From: Octopus sinensis
Lineage: Eukaryota
Length of the DNA: 64,000 nucleotides
Assembly (NCBI RefSeq): GCF_006345805.1
Contig: NC_043013.1
Coordinates: forward strand, 15,810,001-15,874,000
Direction: 5' to 3'
Shown: in pieces, positions 1 to 12,077 of the stretch
Numbering within the stretch: position 1 is the first letter of the stretch
How the letters are laid out: every line of letters begins with the position of its first letter
Position numbers and translations under genes: made by a program
Notes under the pieces: generated by a model
What the model was told of the DNA's origin: nothing
Seen by the model: only the letters and a program-made list of their open reading frames with translations
The model's database searches: none

Positions 1-818
1 CAGAAAATACTTCAACTCCAAACAACCTACAAGGGAGGTGGGTAACAATATTACTGGCACTTGAGGCCACAAGTATAATGTCTTGTTAAAGATATCTACT
101 CAACAAGACCTCCCTATTTGGCAAAGCCAAGATCTCAATAGCATTGATTTTATTATATTGGCACCTAGTGACTTGACTTGTAGATAGAATATGCTGTGAG
201 ATTCATGCTTTCATTAAAAATTACTAAGTGGAAATGAAATAAAACTGAGTTACAGACTTGAACACAGGGTAAAGATATGTGTTGGTATACAATCGTGATA
301 ACATAGTATTAAGTAAATTATTCACATATGTGGTTTCTGGAGAATTCTTCCCAAAGTTGTGAAGTAATGGCAGTCAGTTAAATTGATGAAAGAATGTAAT
401 ATGCTTATTTTAAAACACAACACAATAAATTCATTACAACTAGGTGTAACCAATGAACTTTGAGTCAGCAGTCCACCACTGTAACAACTAAGCCCTTCAT
501 GCATCACACAAACACACCGAAAATGAGGGCACAGTAAAGTGCAACAACCAAAAATTGGGTTTAGTAGTGGGTTCCACACTCCATCCAGTGTCCAGTGTAG
601 TACAACATGGGACATCAACCTCTGGATAGGCTGGTGTGCAAGATATGGACCAATACAAATGATAATAACAGGGAGAAAATACATGTTATTCATTGCTTTA
701 TAGGACATACATGTGTTTCAGTAAAACGCTGAAAAAATTACATGCAGAAATGCATGTATGTCCTATCAAGCATTGATTAACATGCCTGTTTTCTGCTTAT
801 AAGCATTATAAACACACA

Positions 819-1922
819 TACACAAAGATCATTCACATATTGAATGGATATTAAAAAAAAAAACTATCTAGGAAAAAACTGATAATATTTCTAAAAAGTA
901 CATCAAAAACAATTGTTTTTATGAATTTTAAAAATCATATCAGACAAATGGCAGCCATTGTTGGCAATACATTGATGGAGTCATTTCTGAAAGTTCTCCA
1001 TGACTCAGTGTCATCCAAGGTGGATTTGCGTTGATTTCCTCTTTGATCCTTTCCTTCAAACGCTCAAGAGTTCCAGGACAGTATTGGAAAACCTTTTTCT
1101 TTAAGTATCCCCAAAGGAAAAAGTCACAAGGGCTTAAATCTGGTGATATTGCCAGCCACCCCACATCTCCTCCTAAAAGAGAAACATTTCCCTCAACACT
1201 GAGCAAATGTCATGCTGTGTGAGCTGTGGCCCCATCCTGTTGAAACCACACATTCTGTATCCAAATCATCCTGTTTGGTGCACAGAAAGGCCTCCAACAT
1301 CTCAATCTACTAACTAGATGTAATAGTTATTGTTGCACCACCTTTATTCAAAGAAGCATGGGCCAATCACATCAAAGTCAGCAATTGTACACCAAACAGT
1401 TACATGAGAGTGAAATGGTTGTTGGTAGAGTTGATGAGGATTATGTTCAGCCCAGTAGCAAAAAAGTCTGCTTGTTTGTGGCTCCATTGATATGGAAGTG
1501 AGCCTCATTAGTACTCAGAACAACAGCTACTGTGGGAACTTGTGCAAGAATATTTTCACATATAGCTCTGCAGTTATGATTTGTCTCAGTTAATTCTTGA
1601 GCCAACTTCATCTTGTAAGGATGCAGTTTCAAATCAGCATGCAGAACCCCACTCAAGCTCCAACTTGATATTCTTAGTGCTATGCTATACTTAAAGCAGA
1701 ATACTTTGGCAATTGCTGAATGGATGCTCTTACTGCTGCCATATTTTCTGAAGTTCTAACAGTTCTATGGAACAACTTCAATATATTGACAACAAAACTC
1801 ATTAAAACAAAAGCATTTATTTATGTACTTTTTAGAAATATAATCAGTTTTTACCTAGATATTTGTGTTCCTTTTTTATATCTATTCAAAATGTGGGAGA
1901 TCTTAATGCCCCACTCAGTGTA
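819..1922 (-). mobile_element. Decayed, internally deleted Tc1/mariner-superfamily DNA transposon (rosa/DD41D-like motifs)
   Basis: Minus-strand remnants LHPYKMKLAQEL..NEAHFHING.TNKQ, FQQDGATAHT and SPDLSPCDFFLWGYLKKKV; roughly 110-bp imperfect inverted termini (819-935 vs 1790-1922) with TA at both ends. Confidence 0.85.
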
Positions 1923-4032
1923 TATGAAGCTGGCTATTATACAGGGAAAATATTTTAAACTGAGTAAAATATTTATTCTTCCTAATTCACTAATTACATC
2001 ACCTCTCACAAAACACATTTACCAGTTTCAATTTTTTTTCTCTGTCTAATGAGGATGGTCAGGCCTCTTAAATGCTTATGTTCAACTTTTAGCTGTTGAA
2101 AGTTAATGACAAATAGGGAATGCAGGAGCAACACAAGAGAGAGATCCAGACAAATGCATTTCTGGAGTGTAAGGATTAGGAAAAGTGTTTTTTTAGTAAA
2201 CCACAATAGAGAAGGATTAGATAGGGGCAGTAAATATTAGTTCATAGCAGTGGGAACTTTTACAGTAATGCAAAGAGAGAATAGGACTGATACAATGAGA
2301 TTGCTTTTTATCTGATAAGGAAAAGGAACAATGTTCTGCAAATGTAGCAGTTGTTGATCAGTTTCTTTCCACCATACAAACATCCACCAGTTGAGACATT
2401 ACAAAAAAAAAAAATGTTTAATTGTACTGACAAAATTTGTCTATTGCTTCATTATAGTGATATATAAATTGTACTTTGAATGTTGAAGTTCAGATATCTT
2501 GTGCCATTTTAACTTTGGCCCAGTAAAAAAAAAAACAAAGGAATGGGTGAATGTTATGTAGAATGCCAATCAGTTTTCAGCAGCTATAATGTAGTATACT
2601 TTGTCATTGTCATTACCACCATAGTTAAAATTTTATACAATCAGAAAACTGAAGACAAATGATGAGATAAATAAATTAACACTATATTTATAAATATAGC
2701 AATGGGTTGCCTGGAGACTTTAGTCCTTCCACACAGAACTTCTCTAGTGCTAGAGGCACAATCATAATACATCTAATTTAAGCTGCAATGGTTATGATTT
2801 TCTCCATTGTTTGTATCGGGTGATGAAAGACTGCTTGAAAGTGTAATGGAACATATCTATCCAATGCATGCCAGTATAGAAAAATGGATTGATAATGACT
2901 ATTGATTAGAGAAGGAATGTAACAGATTAGGCGTCATCATGTAAAGTGCAATGAAAAATAGCTAAAACAGGAATGTAAATCCCTGAATAGAGGTAGTATG
3001 TTAAGATAGTTGATTGTACCTGCTTTTTTGTAACAGAGCCTTTTGAGATAAACATTTAAAAGGTGGAGGGTATGACTCATTGTAATGTTTTGAAAAGTGA
3101 CATACTTAGCACTAAAAGAAAATATTCATAAACTCGCACACATTCGTGCTTCATAAGTTTACTAAGCTGAAAGTATATGCCACTCCTATTGCACATTTTT
3201 TTTTTTTTAAAGAGCAATCTAGATGAAGAAAAAATAACTGTCCCCCATAATTTTACCCTATACTCACTCATGTGAATCCTGAAAAATAGATCTAAAAACT
3301 TGTGGCTGAAACAGAGAAATACACACAACATGCTTGTGTGCAATCATATTCACTGAAAAGCCACCTGCTTCAGTGACAAATTCTCTCACTATGATAAGTT
3401 TTTTTGTTTCTGACCTACTGAAAAGCTATTGTGTTAGTTTCTATTTTTATAAATCATTTGATTCTATTCCAATAAAGTATACAACACCTTGCCAAGCCAA
3501 ATTATCTCTACCCATAAAGTCTTCAGTAAACATGTACCTTCCATTATGAAAACTAATTCCCCTTAGAATTCCTTTTCCAGTTCATGTAATCCTACTCAAT
3601 GATTCAGATTATCAACTGAACACATCCCATCTCATCTCATCTTGTGGAATGAAAGGGAAGAAACAACTAAGCAGATGTTCTATGGAAACACCATCCTCCA
3701 ACACACACACGCACTATTTCTTTAATGAGCTTTTAATTTCATTCTATAATTTTATATCAGTCATCCCTTCTGCGGTTTTCTTTTTAAAACTTTTGTTAAA
3801 AAAATTTGTAACAAATTATAAAATTTTTTACTTAACTAAAATACTCACCTTCAAGTCACTTTAGATGACAGCTTGTCTTCTACATTTTACTTTCATAATT
3901 TACCTGCAAAATAAAAGAAATTTGAGTTTAGTAGAGGGAAGTAGTCATTCTTACATTCATGTTCTCATAGCTTCAAATAATTTTCATTTTGTCATTAAAA
4001 AGAAAATTAGCCATTTTTAATAGGTTTTATTT

Positions 4033-4224
4033 TTACTCTCTTATTTGTTTCAGTCAATTGACTGTGGTCATACTGGAGCACCGCCTTTAGTCAAACAAAT
4101 TGACCCCAGAGCTTATTCTTTGTAAGCCTAGTACTTATTCTATCAGTCTTTTTTGCCAAACCGCTAAGTTACGAGGATGTAACCCAGAACCATGTGGCTG
4201 GTAAGCAAGCTACTTACCACACAG
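4033..4224 (-). mobile_element. SINE family A copy, internally deleted
   Basis: Reverse complement of the head and tail of the full copies at 53588-53998 and 63280-63672. Confidence 0.75.
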
Positions 4225-4406
4225 ACAAAATATAAAACTTCAGACCTCGTAAAATGTTCTAACAAAAGATTCCCTAACACAAACAAAAATCTCACTTCAA
4301 ATTTATTTTTTTCTATTTTAGTTTCAATCAGAAGTTAGTGATGGAAAATATTTTTCAGTCTGGAATATCAAAATGTTAATGCCTATTATAGGAGGGTCAC
4401 TTAACA

Positions 4407-5274
4407 TATGAGGAGGTACCCAAAAGTAACCGGAAATATCTGTGGGACAAGCCTGTGGTAGTTGAGGCTTCCATTGCTAGAAGTCACTTGATGCAACCCT
4501 CAGGCATCAGTCTGCTAACTGGCATACTGTTACACGGTGTGTTTTTGTTTTGCAGTTCTTCTCCACTGTTCGTCAATTTTAGTGATAGCTGAAATGAAGG
4601 AACAGTGCATTTCTGTAAAATTTTGTTTTCTGCTGGAGAAAATGGTAGCCGAAACAGTTATCATGCTTCAAACAACTTACATGGATGTTGTCATGAGCAA
4701 TACACAAGTTTACAAGTGGTTTCCATGCTTTAAGAATGGTCAGTTGTTGCTTGAAGACCAACCTTGTTCAGGGTGGCTATTGATTTCCATAACAAATGAA
4801 AACATCATTAAAATTCATGAACTAATCTTGGAGGACCATCGCCGAACAATTGACGAACTTGACATGACTGGTGTGTCAGGAATTTCAAATGAAAGGAGTT
4901 TCAGCAAAATTTGTGCCTCACTTGCTCACGGAAGATCAAAACCAGTCACGATTGAATGTGTGTCATGAACTGAAAGAACAGTTAGAAGTTGATCTTGCTC
5001 CCTGTGACTTTTTTTTTGTTCCCTCAAATGAAAACAGTCCTTACAGGAAAATGCTTTGCTTTGTGGAAGAGGTGAAGAAAAAAGACAACGGTGACATTAA
5101 AAGGAATCAAATTGCAAGAGTTCCAAGACTACTTTGAACAGTGAAAAATGTGTCTGGACCGATGCATTGTTTCAGATGGAGAATACTTTGAAGGCAATAA
5201 AAGTGTAAACATGTAAAACTAAGCAAAGAAAATAATATTGCAAAATTCTAGTTTCTTTTGGGTAACCCCTTGTA
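4407..5274 (+). mobile_element. Decayed mariner element with internal deletion of the catalytic domain
   Basis: HTH region EQCISVKFCFLLEK..QVYKWF..FKNG..LEDQPCSG, then VSAKFVPHLLTEDQ joined directly to DLAPCDFF; TIRs gaggaggtacccaaaagtaac / tttcttttgggtaaccccttg with TA flanks. Confidence 0.9.
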
Positions 5275-8200
5275 TAATTTAGTTTTGGCTAAATGTTTAT
5301 AGACAAGTTTTTTATAACATGATATTGTTAAGTCCATCATGTATCACTGCTGCTGTTCCATAGGTCTGCAATCACTGGTTTAAGTTTTAAACCTATTTTG
5401 GTTGACTTTTCGACTCCCAGATCAGCAAAATGTTTATATTCATTGACTATATATACTACACAATATGTAGACATTCTCCAGTTCCCTATTGACAACTTCC
5501 AATACTTGTTAAAATAAGCTAGATTCATAGCTCTAATCCACAAAGCTTCTTCAAAATGTCTAAGCTTCTACATGTTTCCAAAGTATACTCCAAAAGTTTA
5601 CATTTGGCTGATCTGTTTTCAAATCCAGTGTTCATGACAATGGACATCATTTAATTCAACTTTTCTAAATTACTGTTGCTTATTTTATAAGATCTAAAGG
5701 AACAGAAAGCAAAATTAAACACAACAGGATTTTGACTATGACAGTTTGAAATAGTGCAAGCCATTCTTCCAATGTTATCACTGTAACTATACACAGTATT
5801 AAGATTCCTACCAAATTTTTAACATGACCAATCTAAATAGTATAGAAAATTCTTCCAGTGTTACATCTCTGAACTTAAGCTTATTCACTGTCCAAGAAAT
5901 TTATAAGTAATAGGCTGTTCCTTCTTATTAGATGAGCAATTCACCTAAATTAGCCAATAAACAAATTCCCACTTTAAAAAAAGCCACAGTGGTTGAGAAG
6001 ATTAAATTATCTTTAAATGAGCTATGTTTTAAATTTCCAAATAGCTAACTATATCTTTCATAATGTCTACTTTCCTTACTCCATCAGTAAATTCTCCAAC
6101 TTACCCAATTTCCAGATATATTCTTGAGAAATAGAAATACAAGGTCAATAATAATATATTGCAAATCTCAAGGAGATATATGATCTTTTTTTTTTTGATT
6201 TTGGTTTGCCAAACTGGCAATCTACAAAATTAATTCACCTTATCACTTCCATGTTGCAGAAAGCAAAAGAATTTCTTCTGGCAACCATTGCTTCTCTTAA
6301 TATTACAACATTCCAAATTATGCTGTCTACTATTTCTTTTTCTTGTATAAAAACAGAGTTTTGGAAGAATTGTCAGATATGTATATATATAAATTCAACA
6401 ACCACATTTAAGACATTTCTCTATTTGCAGGGACACATTTCATACATAGAGCAAAAATTTGATAGTAGACAATTTAATCTAGAGTGAAACTAATAACTAA
6501 TTACCAAGAAACCAAAGACTGTTACTTCAGATTGCCCAATTCATGAATAATGGTGTAATTCAGTCCCATAACGAACAATGGCTTTAAACAATATATTTGA
6601 AAACCACTATCTCTTTCTTGACCATTATCAAGATACCATCATAATCTTTCAATAGCAGATTATATTGCTCTATCTAGATAAATACCAGTCATCTTTACAG
6701 CTGCTTTTACTCAATTGAAACATTAACCTATAAATATTCATTTGACTGAAGAAAAAAATCAAATTAATAAATTACAAGTCATCGCTGAAACATATACACA
6801 AAGAATACAGAAAGATACATGTAGTAATACACATAAATACACACATACACTGAAATATGAATACATGTACACACACACACACTAATATACATGACATAAT
6901 AATATGGATGCACAAATATACATACACATACTAATACAGATGCACAAATATACATAAACACACACATTTATGTACACATACATACACACACTATATATTT
7001 TATACATCATTAGTTTACAGTTTTATATTTTCAGCAGAGTGACTGTTTTGTAGCACTTTAATGAGAAAGTCAAATTATATCCACAGAATTGCTGACATTT
7101 TCAATAACAGTAAGAAAGATTCATTTAATTCTAGAGGAAGAGAACAGTGATGCTTATACTTCACTGAACATAAAGTTGAAGCAGTTTTCAGAAAAGAGAA
7201 ATGCTAGTAAATTGTTGTTTATTTTATTCTATTTGATAGACATCATTATTATAATTTGTTGTATGCTCGTTCTACTGGTACATCTCACTGCACTTTCTTA
7301 TTCAATATGTATGAATTACCAGTACAATCATCTCTCATGCATACTGCAGCCAATGCCTTTGTTATACAATGCTATTATTTTGTAGTTATATACATATAGG
7401 AGATATTTTAGTAGATATTCTTCACATATTTACTTCTGCTGATTTATACAATTTGGAAAATTACATTTTAAAGTACCAGATTTTATTATGGCTAAGTGTA
7501 AGTTCAGTATATACCAGTTGTCTGTAAAATGAATTTGACATGAGTAAAAAGATGTGGGAAGTAAATAATCAATATAAGGAAGACTTGAGGAAAAAATAAA
7601 TCTTCAGAATGGCTATATTCTATAAAAGATATCAGTGTTTGCTATTCAGTGATAGCGAGGCATAGGAGACTAAGGAAAGTCTGTTCAGAGCAGACAATAA
7701 ATATGTGATAAGGAGAGACATTTAAAGCTTTACTTAGAAGTACTCAACTAACAGATTGATAGATCATACTATTAACTAGGGAATTTGAGCAGGTAGTAAT
7801 TTTAAAAAGTCTCTCCATACAATCATCAATTACAGCAATGATTTAAGGGTACTCTGGGGAAGAAATTCAGGGAGGTTATATCACAAAACATCAGTGTAAA
7901 ACAGTTGCAAATAAAGTTTAGTTTTTCTATAATGACAGAACACCAAAACAAATTAAACAAGTTGTATACCAGTTGAACAATGAAAGTTGAGACAATAACA
8001 TATGCACACTGCACTTAATTGTTTGAGCAATTTATTCATGTGTAAATCACACCTTAAATGTAGTGTGAAACTTTGGTACTAAATTTTTTCCCTTTATAGT
8101 TTTAATTTTGTCCTGGGATTAATTTGCACCCCAGCTTTTTTTTTTTTAGATAAAAGCAATTAGAAAATAGTAAAACTTATACATGAGTAAATACAGTAAC

Positions 8201-10927
8201 TTTGTACCATAAGTTGTTTGTTCACAATAACCATGCAGCTGAAATATCTAAAATTTGGAGTTCAGAGCAACCTTTGATTGGGTTCTATGTTTACAGACAT
8301 GTTAGACACAAGTGAGTACATAGTTTATCAAGTCGTATAAGATTCTAAAATATTCTCATGGCTGCTATCAAAGAAAAGGACAAACAAATTCATCTTTAAA
8401 TTTCTCACAAAATGTAAACTGTTCATACTAATTCTAACCTTGAATATGTGGCCTTCACCACCATTGTTTACTCTCCCTGTCTCACTGCCAACCAGACTAT
8501 AAGGCTATAAAGTTACTTGTTTTCTAATATTCTTCAAACAAACAATATTGCTAGAAATACAGAAACTTTACATTAACCAAAACATTATGATTTTTAAATA
8601 AGCATGGATGCTAACAGAAATGACAGATGAAAGAAAACCAAAACTTAAAACATCATCAGTGATTTGTTCTCAAATACCTTCATTAACCAATTATTATTAA
8701 TTACTTCTATTTCCCTCCTCCAATGCATCAGCTTTAGCTCCTGAGATTTATTTTGCACTTACAGTTTTTAAAGACATCAAGTGATCGGTACTTAGAAAAT
8801 TGAAGCTAATCATGTAACTTATTAATAATCTGATTAGTTAAAATTAATAACTACTGATTCCTAAATTGATTGATGCCTTCAATTAGATTAGCAATGAACT
8901 CTGAAGACCCCCCACAGGTTTTCCTATTCAACCATTTTACTAATTATTCTTCTGTTAAGTTAATTATCCTATTAATACATTTAAATGAGTAGACTCCTCA
9001 ATCCTTGTTGCTTTTCACTCATCCCCAATAACATCATTATATTGTCACCACACCACCACGTAAGAGAATTTAGGTCAAAGAAGTATACAACCCAACCATT
9101 TTGACACTCTTTAAATTGATGGAAATTTAGTAGCACAATTCTTGCTGATATTTTCATTTCCTCTTAATTTCAATGTTATTCTATGTTGCAAAACTAATTA
9201 TTCTTTTAGTAGATACAAACAAATAATTTGCATAAGGAATCTTGTATCAGGTATCTTTTATTTTTCTAGCAAACTTCTCATATATTTTATTAAGTCATTT
9301 TTTCTCACACTTTAACCCCTCATCTCCAGCATAAAGTCGCCACTCCCTTTACTGTGGTTCTACTCAGATGAAAAGGATCTTGGTCTTGTAGGCCGTATAG
9401 CAACCTTGCTAGTCCCATGAACAAAAAGCACTTAGTACATGCTGTAAGGTGGTTGGCATTAAGGGCATCCAAAGCAGATATCAGAGCATGATGCAGTCTT
9501 CGGACCCATCATTTACTGTCAAATCATTTAACCAATGTCAGCATAGAGTATGAATGTCAAACGATAATTATTATTTTTTATCAGAGTCCTGTGATAACAT
9601 ATAAACTAAATTGATAAATTCCAAAGATGTGCAAAAAGTAACCCGATTCAACTTCTCTATAAGAATTATTCAAACCTTAAATGATTTTAATATTAAATAA
9701 ATCTTACACACACACACACACAATGAAGTCTATGTACTGAGATCAACTGGATTGATTGCCTAACTCTCCCTTACAAAATGCTGGCCTTGTCGTTTATCAA
9801 AAGAAATCAATATTATATGATATTTCTATATCTGCTCTGAACAGAAATTTTATCAGGAGATTCTACAAATTTCAAGATGTTACAATGTCATTCCAAAGTC
9901 ACTTGTATGTAATAAACAATATTCTCTACTGTATTTATCATTTATTTTGCAAGTAAAGGTATTTTTCTTCATCTAAGTTTTCAATAATGCTGAACATTAC
10001 ACAGTACATGTTTTTAATATAGAGACACATAATTATTATTATTAATATGTCTACAATGATTTTGATGTTTATCAATTGACAGCGATTTTGGTTACAAGCT
10101 GACCTAGATAGCCTTACACACTAAATTACATGGCAGACAAAATTTCTAAACAAACATCTTAATCATTCTATCAATAAAAATAGTCACAAGGACTAAAATT
10201 ACACTGTCTTTTGCATAACACCTTTTAATCATCAAGTTTTAACATTTAAACAAAAGCTAATTTAGCTAACAGTACAAAAAAACAAACAAACAAGTATATT
10301 AAAAGAAAACAGCTACACCTTTGATATTTAGCATATTCACTGGAGGACATGATAATAGGAAATTACATTTTTAATTTCTCTGACACACATTACTTCTTGA
10401 TATAAAAATGTATACAAAACCAATTGTGATTTATAAAGCTATCTATATTTAAGTGTAATTTGTAGTTTAACAAACAGTTACATTTACAGTAAAATAGATA
10501 AGGAAGTGTTTATACAAATATGTATAATCTATATAGATAGATTATCAGTATTAGTTTAACATTAATGCATATGCTTATGTAGCTTAGAGCAGTGCTTCTC
10601 AAACTATCTGATGTGCCGTACCAGCAGTTTCTTTTTTTTCCAATGTGCCAGGGACTGGTAATATTTCTTTCTAATATTAATTTATACAGGAAACAATATA
10701 TATAATAATAGAAATATTAAAATTACTAAGTCTCTCTAAAAGAGAACAACGGCAGCGTTCCCGGAAAATATTAGTTATCGCCATACTAATATGGCATTCT
10801 TATAAAAATAAGAAAAAAGCTGACCGCTTATTAGCTCCATGAGGCCATCGCCTTAAGTTAGCTATTGATACACATCTGTATCCATATAACCTTTGAACAG
10901 GGAGGTCAGTCGCTCCACACTACTTGG

Positions 10928-10981
10928 CCGGCAGCTACAGACGCGTTTCGGGGTATTGCCCCTTTTCAATGCAGCGTAGCC
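10928..10981 (-). ncRNA. Minimal type I hammerhead ribozyme, copy 1 (U3-A8 core variant)
   Basis: Minus strand GCUGCA-UUGAAAA-GGGG-CAAUA-CCCC-GAA-ACGCGU-C-UGUAGC: stem I 6 bp (GCUGCA/UGUAGC), stem II 4 GC pairs, GAAA, palindromic stem III, GUC cleavage triplet (C17 = 10940). Confidence 0.8.
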
Positions 10982-11279
10982 AAACCCAGGTGTCGCTTCG
11001 ACAATCTCTGTTCAAAGGTTTTATTTACCTAGCTTCGGTGGATACATCCACTTGTTTTCAATAATAGAAATATTAAAATTACTAAGTCTCTCTAAAAGAG
11101 AACAACGGCAGCGTTCCCGGAAAATTAGTTATCGCCATACTAATATGGCATTCTTATAAAAATAAGAAAAAAGCTGACCGCTTATTAGCTCCATGAGGCC
11201 ATCGCCTTAGTTAGCTATTTGATACACATCTGATCCATATAACCTTGAACAAGGAGGTCAGTCGCTCCACACTACTTGG

Positions 11280-11333
11280 CCGGCAGCTACAGACGCGTTT
11301 CGGGGTATTGCCCCTTTTCAATGCAGCGTAGCC
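11280..11333 (-). ncRNA. Minimal type I hammerhead ribozyme, copy 2 (identical to copy 1)
   Basis: Same 42-nt motif at 11286-11327; C17 = 11292, 352 nt from copy 1. Confidence 0.8.
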
Positions 11334-12077
11334 AACCAGTAGGTGTCGCTTCCGACAATCTCTGTTCAAAGGTTTTATTTACCTAGCTTCGGTAATATAA
11401 TAAAAGTTGACAATTTTTTGTAGCTTATATTTATTTTCTAAACAAATACAACATTATTACATAAGCGTTTTATGTTTCTTTCTTTTCTGGAAACTCGCCA
11501 TGTGCCGGCAGCTATTGGCTCACGGACCAGTGACAGTCCGCAGAACACCACTTTGAGTAGCACGGGCTCAGAGATAGTACAAGGATTTCTTTTAAGTACA
11601 TGGCTTTTTCCTTTTCTTAAAGAAGGAGATATAGTTGGTAGAGTACCAGTAACATACTAGTACTTATTTATCAATAACAAATTCATGTAAAAGCAGTAAA
11701 ATTGCCTCTCACAGGATTTAATTCTAAAAACTGAATGACTGAAGTTAAGATAGAGGGCATAATACTGCTACATCATATATATTCAGTCCCACTGGGCAAG
11801 TGAAGTTAATTTCACTTCTCAACTATGTAGTTTCAGGTTTACACCCACTGCTTAAGTGAACTTCGTAGTGGAAAATGAAAAAAAGCCCATTATGTGTGTG
11901 TTTATACTTGTGTTCTATGAAAGTTATGAACAATGAGCATTGTTGTTGTTGTCACTTCCCCTGTGAATCTCTTACCTGAAAAATAGGTAAGGGTTAGTGA
12001 CAAGAAGGGTATCTGGCTATAAAACAACGCCTCAATAATATATTCATCAAATCCATGATAGCATGGAAAAACAGATG

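Larger units (their letters stand above)
10704..11393 (-). repeat. Head-to-tail tandem dimer of a ~352-356-bp non-coding monomer carrying a hammerhead ribozyme (retrozyme / Penelope pLTR-like)
   Basis: Copy 1 10704-11059, copy 2 11060-11393 (slightly truncated); copies differ mainly by small indels; CpG-rich relative to flanks; no ORF in the track. Confidence 0.9.
10590..11565. mobile_element. hAT (Charlie-like) non-autonomous element interrupted by the hammerhead dimer
   Basis: TIRs cagtgcttctcaaact / actttgagtagcacgg (13/16 match); 8-bp TSD gcttagag (10582-10589) / gctcagag (11566-11573). Confidence 0.75.

Noticed and set aside
322-708. 128-aa minus-strand ORF
   Set aside because: No recognisable domain, no convincing splice boundaries, composition not protein-like
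2815-2850. GTGATGA-AAG-ACTG-CTT-GAAA motif
   Set aside because: Position 3 is wrong and stems I/III cannot be formed convincingly
5300-6100. Possible decayed coding sequence on the minus strand
   Set aside because: Short open stretches only; no family recognised
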